Shown here: positions 56,651 through 64,000 of the stretch, one piece after another
How positions within the stretch are numbered: the stretch's first letter is position 1
How the letters are laid out: the number at the start of each line of letters is the position of its first letter
Source: a virus
DNA: 64,000 nucleotides
IMG/VR virus record: IMGVR_UViG_3300023106_000010
Location: 1 to 64,000 of that record
Direction: 5' to 3' (one strand)
Position numbers and translations under genes: made by a program
The notes under the pieces: model-generated
Database searches by the model: none
What the model saw: only the letters and a program-made list of their open reading frames with translations
Told to the model about the DNA's origin: nothing

Positions 56651-58012
56651 TCATTTCAATCCCTTCGCAGCAGCAAGAATGCGTTCACAGTCTTCCAAGC
56701 TGTCAGCAACATTTTTATCATGTCGTTCTTCAAGCCACACTGGCAAGAACAAGCTCTTAGTATCCCGATCCCGCTTGCTGATGATGTCGTTAGCCTTCAC
56801 TGTCACAATCTGACCAATCATAACATCACGATTCATCCAGAAGTATTGACGAATAATATCTGTGAAGCCTGTACCTACATCCGTCACCAGTTTACCACAA
56901 CTACTCTTCAATTGCAATGCACCCATCATACCAGAAGCCTTACCAGTGCCTTCTGCAACACCTGTGATTTCCAAGTCAATCTCAAACTCAATCTTTAGTT
57001 TCACACAATCCTTACTCGTGCCGTCTTTCCAAATGAAGTCAGGAGTTTTGAGCACAGCACCTTCCAATCCTGCCGCAGTGAATTTAGAATAAATCTCGTA
57101 AGCTTCTACCAGAGTTGCAACTTTCTCCGTATGCACCTTCTCGACATTAACCACTTTGTTGCTAATCACCAAGTTGCTGAGACTCGCTAAACGATAGCTG
57201 TAATCCATATTACTCTTACCAGCCTTAAACTCTTCAACTTTCAAGTAGTCCCAAGCAAACATCTTGAAGATGAAATTGTCATCAACGTCACCACCCTTGA
57301 GAATACTGTTAAGCATTCCATTGCCGGTTTGACGGTCTAGAACATCTTGCTTGCCATCGTATTGAGGATTCGTGAATACCAACAACTCACCAATCAACAC
57401 AGCACCATCAGGAACACCCTCAGCAAGCTTCTCAGCGAACTCTTTAGGATACTTGCTACCTGCACGAGTGATCGCCTCTGGAGCCTTGCCAGCCTCTTTG
57501 ACAAGATACAGGAAGCTCCCATCACATTTCTCTTGCACATACATCAGAGGAAGCTTGGAAAACTTCTCTTTAGCTTTTGCATCAAGCAGGGAGCAACGTT
57601 GATAAGGCACTGAGAAATATAAATCAGGCCAAGTTTTCAGCACCATCGTGTCACCTACCGAAGCGCCTATGGATCGGTCAATCATAAGCTTGGTAAGTTC
57701 TTGACCTTCACCATTCAAACTGTGGTGAATCATACTCAGAGTAGCAATCGCCTTGTTGCCTGTATCTTTTCGTTCAGCCAAGTAACCAATCATCTGGTCA
57801 ATTGTTTCCTGACCAAATTCCTTGCTAGGAGAGACAGCGAGAGTTTTCGCGGGAACAATCTTCTTCTGATAATAATTAATACCCGGATCATACGTTACCC
57901 GCATAAATTCCTTGAACAACTCGTTGTCCTTGTGCTGCATTAGAATGGCTTGCTTGTTCAGATTACCCTGAGCTTCTTGAAGGCTCTTTACAATATCATA
58001 CAGTTTCATCAA
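56651..58012 (-). CDS. ATP-dependent DNA ligase
   Basis: EKCDG, GEL, EGAVLK, KLK, VGTGF, SLFLP..R.DK. Confidence 0.93.
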   Translation of the reverse strand: MMKLYDIVKSLQEAQGNLNKQAILMQHKDNELFKEFMRVTYDPGINYYQKKIVPAKTLAVSPSKEFGQETIDQMIGYLAERKDTGNKAIATLSMIHHSLNGEGQELTKLMIDRSIGASVGDTMVLKTWPDLYFSVPYQRCSLLDAKAKEKFSKLPLMYVQEKCDGSFLYLVKEAGKAPEAITRAGSKYPKEFAEKLAEGVPDGAVLIGELLVFTNPQYDGKQDVLDRQTGNGMLNSILKGGDVDDNFIFKMFAWDYLKVEEFKAGKSNMDYSYRLASLSNLVISNKVVNVEKVHTEKVATLVEAYEIYSKFTAAGLEGAVLKTPDFIWKDGTSKDCVKLKIEFEIDLEITGVAEGTGKASGMMGALQLKSSCGKLVTDVGTGFTDIIRQYFWMNRDVMIGQIVTVKANDIISKRDRDTKSLFLPVWLEERHDKNVADSLEDCERILAAAKGLK

Positions 58013-58626
58013 ATCTCCTTATGTGCTGGATCATTCCGTTCAACACCACGTTCAACCAAATCCCAATCGTAGTCTATCAGATAATTGTGAGCATTGCCAA
58101 CTCTATTGTACTTATTCTTGGAAACAGAAATCTTCACAAATGTCCTGAAGCCCTCAGTTGTTGGATTAGCTACACGATGCACAATGGTGTTGTCAAGCTT
58201 TAACAAACTGTTCGCAGGATATATCCTGATGTTCTCAACCTTAGCTTGCTCAGTCATCTGCTCCATAGAAACACTGTGATCTTCACTTAGTTCAAACTCT
58301 TGCACACAGAACTCTGTTGGGTAGCTGTCACTCCACAAGAAATTAATATCGTCCGTGCCAAAGCCATCTATGTGCCATCCGGGACGATTCCAGCTACAAT
58401 TTGGCCCTGTGAACAAGTGCTTGGCTGTCAAGTAGATGTAGTGGTCACAGTAGTGTAAAGCGCTTGGTAACGCCTTCGCAATGATAGGCCAGAAACATTT
58501 CAGATTGTCTGGTATCATCCAAGGTCCGTCAGGCAAAGCAATCAGCATGTCCTGAACGAACATCATCTCAGATGGCTTGACAATCACTTGTGCTATTTGT
58601 TCAGGTTCTTTGCTGAATACTTTCAT
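58009..58626 (-). CDS. 2-oxoglutarate/Fe(II) dioxygenase-like protein
   Basis: NRPGWHxD ... H ... RTF(V)K pattern. Confidence 0.6.
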   Translation of the reverse strand: MKVFSKEPEQIAQVIVKPSEMMFVQDMLIALPDGPWMIPDNLKCFWPIIAKALPSALHYCDHYIYLTAKHLFTGPNCSWNRPGWHIDGFGTDDINFLWSDSYPTEFCVQEFELSEDHSVSMEQMTEQAKVENIRIYPANSLLKLDNTIVHRVANPTTEGFRTFVKISVSKNKYNRVGNAHNYLIDYDWDLVERGVERNDPAHKEI

Positions 58627-58729
58627 GTTACTATTTCTCCATCAACAGCAACAAGAACCCAATCAGAAAGATATACCACGGAGCTTCGTATGCGCAACAC
58701 ACAATAAATGCAAATAGTGCTACCATGAT

Positions 58730-60993
58730 TTAACTCCCATAATTACAAGCATCATTGAACCGAACAAACTCTACAGTTGCTGCAATATTATCCGCAGTGA
58801 GTGATAGTCGTGCAAGCTCCCTAGCCATCTCATCAGGAGTGCAGTTATCCACTCCCTTCAGAACAAGCTTCAGCTTCTTGGTGAAATAGTCTGTGTCTAG
58901 GCCATAGGAGTTACGCATAACAACCCTCCTCGGCATCATGTGCCTCGGTCAATCGAACGAAATCCTCATGTTGATATGCAAAGGTTAGCTCGTCAAGTAG
59001 CTCTCGCTGATTACGTTCCAAGAGGTGCAGCTTGCGCAACTCCTTCTCAGCACTCTTAGTGTACCGCAAGTATGCCTCGTCATCGCTCTTGCCACACTGA
59101 CGGAAATCCTTCAGAATGTCTCGATATGATTGATACGAAATATTATGCAAATCGATCTGTTGGCTATTGATTGCGATGATCGATTGTAGGATGCTAGACG
59201 AGAGGCTCATACATTTCCTTTGCACAATTGCTTCAGTGCTTGTTGGATTTTGACATAACCTTTCAACTCCGCACGATGTTGCTTCATAATTTCATGTACA
59301 GAATACTCTAGAGTCAGATAACCTTTTTCATCAGCTTCAGCTTTGCGTTGTCGCAAGTAGATAATTTCATCCTCAATGAATTTGATAATTTTCTTGTTCG
59401 TACTCAGTTGGCTCTGAATTGCTGCTAGATGTTTCATAATTTCTCCTTATTTAATAACAGCAATACGTGCTTGAATACACTTACCATTCATATAATCTTT
59501 GTTCGGAAGATTGCCCAAAACTCGAATACATTCCTCACTTGTTGCAAACTTTTCAATAACTACAGGGTTGTTAGCATTATAACCACCTGCTGTAATCAGA
59601 AGCCATACCAGAATTGTGCTCATAATTTCTCCTTAGTTGTTCGTAACGTCATTGTATAGCAGTTGTCAGGGTTGTGTCAAGCTATTTAGGATGCACAAGA
59701 TTGGCCCCTACCCACACGACCCCTGCAATAATCCCTGTCAGAGCTAACGTAACTAACACTTGTCCTAGTTTTCCAAGATATATCTGCCAAGCACAGAAGC
59801 AGATTATTGGAGAAGACATTAATACGTACCCTATAAATTTCTTCATTATTCATTTCTCCACGGTATGTAAGTATTCACCACAACCCTCGCAGTATTCTTT
59901 GTTCAATTCCTCAATATCATGCTCTTTGCCACAGAAAACACAAACGAAAACTGGAAATTCTATCGGTTTGAGTTTAGTACAAAGATAGTCTTCTTGGGAG
60001 TATTTGTCGTACTTAGCTGAAACGTTGCTCATCTCGTTCTTTCATAGCTTCTTTTACAGAGTCAATAACAGCTTGTGTCACTTCCAACTTCAACTTCAGA
60101 TGTTCGTTAGACAGATTACCTTCTTCATCAACCATTTGCACCATGAGAGTGATTGTTGGTGTGTTGAATCGTGAGAGCCAAAGCTCAGGTTTATTTATGC
60201 TCACGGATTCTCCAACAAAGCTTTCAGGCTAACATTATTTCTTCCAATCTGTAGCGATAGACGGCTTAGGTTGATCTTTACGATGTTTCTTTACAATCTT
60301 AGGCTTCTTGTAAGCACTCAGTAATCCTTTGAAATACCTCTGCTCCAGAACATATTTTGCAAGTTCTCCCTTCAAATAGCTCAGAGCATTGTGATACTTG
60401 TATTCATCTTCCAACAAACCACTAGCATCACATTCACGCTTCTTTTGTCGATAGTATTCAATGTGTTGTTCTAGAGCTTGGATTTCAATCTTGTTTAGAA
60501 AAATCCGTCGAGTTAATACTGCTTCTGTCATGCTGTTCTCCTTAATTGTTCGTGTAAGTATTTTACGCTGGTTTGTGAGAATTGTCAAGAAAATCGTCAT
60601 CATCTAGAACATCATACAAAACTTGATCTTCCTTAAATTGATTATCGAAAGCTTGACAAATCAACGAGTAAGTATTCTTAGATATCTTGCTATTGTCACC
60701 TGTGATTTTGTTGAACAAGTCTAGATAATTTTCATAGTCAAAGTCTCTCGACCAAGCATCACATTCTATAGTGCTCCAAATTGAATCGCTCATCACTAAT
60801 CCTCATAATATGGAAAACTTACTTCACAGCATTTGGAACAAACTGTCATGGTATTGTTATGCAAACCATAAGTTATAGATTCGTAAGGCTCGTGACAATA
60901 CCCGCACAGAAGCAATCCACGAGGGCGTGTCTTGTTGCAAAGATAATCCTCACCACTGTATTCGTCAAAGATTCTGTTTACGTTCATTTCCAA
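58730..60993 (-). other. cluster of small hypothetical ORFs including two paralogous pairs
   Basis: Minus-strand ORFs with RBSs; promoters at ~59680-59651 and ~60588-60560. Confidence 0.65.
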
Positions 60994-61646
60994 GTCTCAT
61001 CAGCAATAGGAAAAGCCTGATTCACAGCTTCTGCGATTAGCCGAGCAAGCACGACGTGTTCTTCTTGAGTAACACCTTTTTCAAGACGTACCTGCAAATA
61101 ATGGCACCAAGAACGAATTGTACCATTCACATATGCACGAGACATTGTCAGCCCTTCGGGTAGAATCACTCGACAAACTTCCTTGGCAATCCCTGCTTCC
61201 AGAGCAAACTTGTAGCGGTCTTTTACAATATCCAAGATTTCGTGTTGAATATCTTCCCACACTCGTTTCAATACTTCGTCATCCGTGTCAATACTATTCT
61301 GACGATTTTTGCTATCTTGCATACGCAGATCACGAATACAGAAAGCTTTCTCCAGAGAAGTCACATCAGCATAACGCTGTGAGAATTCTTGGAAACTAAA
61401 GCTGCGATGGCGCAGTAACTGTCGCATAATATCTCGTGGGGCCGAAACCTCCACCACGGCATTAGCCATCTCTAAAGGACTCCAGTGACTGTGCTTCACA
61501 AGGTACGACAGCAGCTTGTCAGCCGTATCCATGTTCATTTGATTGGATGGATTGCTCACTCGTGCACAATACGCGATGAGTTCTTTAGCATCTTCAATAC
61601 CTTCTACTACAGGTTTAGTTACAGCGATTAGTTTTGCGTTCAGCAT
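60984..61646 (-). CDS. thyX: flavin-dependent thymidylate synthase
   Basis: HWSPLE and the RHRSFSFQEFSQRY signature. Confidence 0.95.
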   Translation of the reverse strand: MLNAKLIAVTKPVVEGIEDAKELIAYCARVSNPSNQMNMDTADKLLSYLVKHSHWSPLEMANAVVEVSAPRDIMRQLLRHRSFSFQEFSQRYADVTSLEKAFCIRDLRMQDSKNRQNSIDTDDEVLKRVWEDIQHEILDIVKDRYKFALEAGIAKEVCRVILPEGLTMSRAYVNGTIRSWCHYLQVRLEKGVTQEEHVVLARLIAEAVNQAFPIADETWK

Positions 61647-61825
61647 TTATCAATCTTTCAAATCAGAATATTCACAGAGGTCCAACTTTACAGCCAACTC
61701 TTTCAAGCCGCTATTAGCACCATCGATATAATCAGAGTTAGCTCCCGCCAAGAACATTACTTCTCGGTTCCTGTCAAGCATATCCAGAATTGTTTCCAAG
61801 AGGAATGCCTTATACATTGTTGTAC

Positions 61826-63983
61826 TCATTCTTCTTCCTCATCTTGTTCAGGCTCATCCAAACCTTCGACACAGTACATAGAGTATTCGCCATCACGACA
61901 ATCACCACGAGGGTCCATTGATCGCTCTGTGCCGAAAGCATCTTCACAGGCCATTTCATTCAAGCCAATCTCCAGAGCTTCTGCAATAGTGTCTTCCCAA
62001 TCTTCGTCCTCATTCATTGCCAGAAGATTTTCCAATACTTTCTTGTTGCGTAGTTGTTGTTCAGTCATGGTCGTTTCACTCCCATGCTAATCTTCACGTT
62101 GTTCAGCTTAGTAATCAGATTTCCTCCATGTAAGGATCGCAGTCTACACTACGAACCCTCTTATTACAATGACGAATATCACCTTCAAGGTCAACTGAAA
62201 CTAGTTCAGCTTCATCGAAATCTTCAGCCTCGATTACAACTCGATATTCACAAATCCATTTAGCCATTATTCTCATCCTTGTAATCTTCAACACATTCTT
62301 CGCACATGCGATTAACATACTCAGAATGCAATGATAGCACAACATCAGGGTCCGTCATAGGATTACTCACCAACCCTCCTGTAACACCCATGTAAACTTC
62401 TGGAATGTTGCGAATCAACACTGAGAAATCAGAAAGCTCTTTCTTCAGTTGCTCTACATCGATTGAGCCATCTGGCAAAACTAGGATTTCTTTCCAGAAT
62501 CGGTCCCAGCATTCTTGTGGGTCTTCTTGTTTACGCATCACCAAGCCACATCCACAACAATAGCTTCCACTTCAGATAGATCATAGTTGTCCACTAACCA
62601 TTGTGCGAAGTTGCCCTCTTCAGGTTCAAGATATTCCTTGTCGAGAATAATAGCAGTGTCATTATGAATCCGCCAGTCTTGGTCATCAAAGAACAACTTG
62701 GAGATTTCACCGGGGAAATTGCATCGCTGTAGCATCAAAACTTTTTGTACTTTGCTCATACATCCTCCACAGCCGAATGCAACTGCCCACTAACATTCTT
62801 CAAATCCTCAAAGCTCTCAAGAATCTCGTACAAGATACCAAAAGTCTCCTTAGAATTCTCTACACTCGTACCAAGAATATTTGCTGTGAACGTCACAGGA
62901 TAGAGTTGCACGTCGGCTACAGCGGCTTTCTCTCCCAACATCTTACGATATTCCTCAGCCTCACGCTGTTTACGTTCTAGCATACGTTGTTCAAAATGGC
63001 TCATACACCCTCTCCAGTGACTTCCATCAACATCTGCACAACAATATCACTCGTGCGCTTAGTGTAAGCCTCCAGACACCAAGCAGCTTTGAAGACATTA
63101 TTAACATACAATTCAACAATATCTTCTGATGGATTCTCTACAATCTTATAATCGTTCATACATTCTCCTCAATAATTTCTACAGGGTCTACGGGTTCCGC
63201 AGGTTCTTCTTGCTCAACAAGCACAGGAGGCTTTGCCAATTCCTCATTACGTTGAGCTTGCAACACTTGAATAAACCACTCACGATTTTTGTATTGTACA
63301 CCAGTTGCCACTTCTGTGTAAATACCACTTGGGTGAGAAATGTAGTCTACCCCTACAGCACCGTGTATAGTGATGGGCGTGGGCACTTTTGTTGTGGCAA
63401 GATTGAATTGGTCCACTTGTACATCCCAAGCAATGATGGAATGCTCCGTCACTTGAATTGTTGGCGTGGACTTGTCTACGTGTACGGCGTAGTAATCTGG
63501 TAGTGCGGTGATGATCATTGATTCTCCTTAATTCTGTAGTAAGTATTTACATCCCAGCTAGGATTTCCCCAAGTGTTATGTTGACGAGGAAGGTCTTCCC
63601 AAGGCATATAAAGATTATGCCGATATTGAATTTCTAAACCGTTTGCCCAAGCGATGATTATTTCTTTGTGTGGATGTTGTTTCACGCTACTCTCCGAATT
63701 TCTTGATATATCCGTTACTCAAAGCTTCATAGAATTTGTTAACATAACTCTCGTCATAGAGAGCTTGAATTTCATCATAATGGTCGTAGCAGAACTTCCT
63801 AAACCACCCTGAAGAAATGCTTGTACTTAACTTCATCTGAGCCATGTCAAAAGCCCATTTACGATTTACATCTGGAAACGGGTGAATACTTCTCTCCAAG
63901 CTTAGCACATACATTTCTTCCAACGCTGCGTAAAGCTGAATCTCTTTAGGTAAAGTAAAGAACATGCTCTTAGACGTAAACAC
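61826..63983 (-). other. cluster of small acidic hypothetical ORFs (61826-62068, 62115-62278, 62260-62544, 62538-62759, 62756-63004, 63156-63518, 63687-63983)
   Basis: Abutting or overlapping minus-strand ORFs typical of phage early regions. Confidence 0.65.
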
Positions 63984-64000
63984 CTCTGTATCATCAGGCT

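Noticed and set aside
1-64000. CRISPR array, reverse transcriptase/DGR or retron
   Set aside because: No regularly spaced direct repeats, no YxDD-type RT ORF and no TR/VR pair noticed by eye

Overview
This window is a 64-kb segment of a dsDNA tailed phage. A long tape measure protein and the absence of a sheath gene indicate a siphovirus-type virion. No integrase or repressor module is visible, and the standard genetic code fits. Layout: (i) 1-4.6 kb, small + strand early-type ORFs with sigma70-like promoters; (ii) 4.6-10.9 kb, a ~0.9-kb non-coding region, a small serine recombinase, a Zn-ribbon/GIY-YIG-like endonuclease, a ClpP-like protease and PhoH; (iii) 11.1-13 kb, a probable terminase small subunit followed by an RNA array with three tRNAs (Thr, Gly, Ser) and several unexplained, highly structured non-coding elements; (iv) 13-34 kb, morphogenesis (TerL, portal, S49 protease, scaffold, decoration, lambda-gpE-type capsid, neck, tail tube, frameshifted chaperone, 2072-aa tape measure, one tail-tip protein); (v) 34-36.3 kb, a lysis cassette headed by an unannotated 24-aa poly-proline micro-ORF coupled to a multi-TM protein; (vi) 36.3-64 kb, minus-strand replication and nucleotide genes (NrdAB, MazG-like, phosphoesterase, exonuclease, nucleotidyltransferase, SSB, tRNA-Arg, DUF5664, family-B polymerase, primase-helicase, ligase, 2OG-Fe(II)-like, ThyX) with many free-standing homing endonucleases. 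The best candidates for new biology are the two ~240-280 nt structured RNAs in the terS-terL interval, the poly-Pro micro-ORF/membrane protein pair before the lysis genes, and a pseudoknotted RNA ahead of tRNA-Arg/SSB. All calls come from reading motifs and base-pairing by eye; no searches or folding programs were run.
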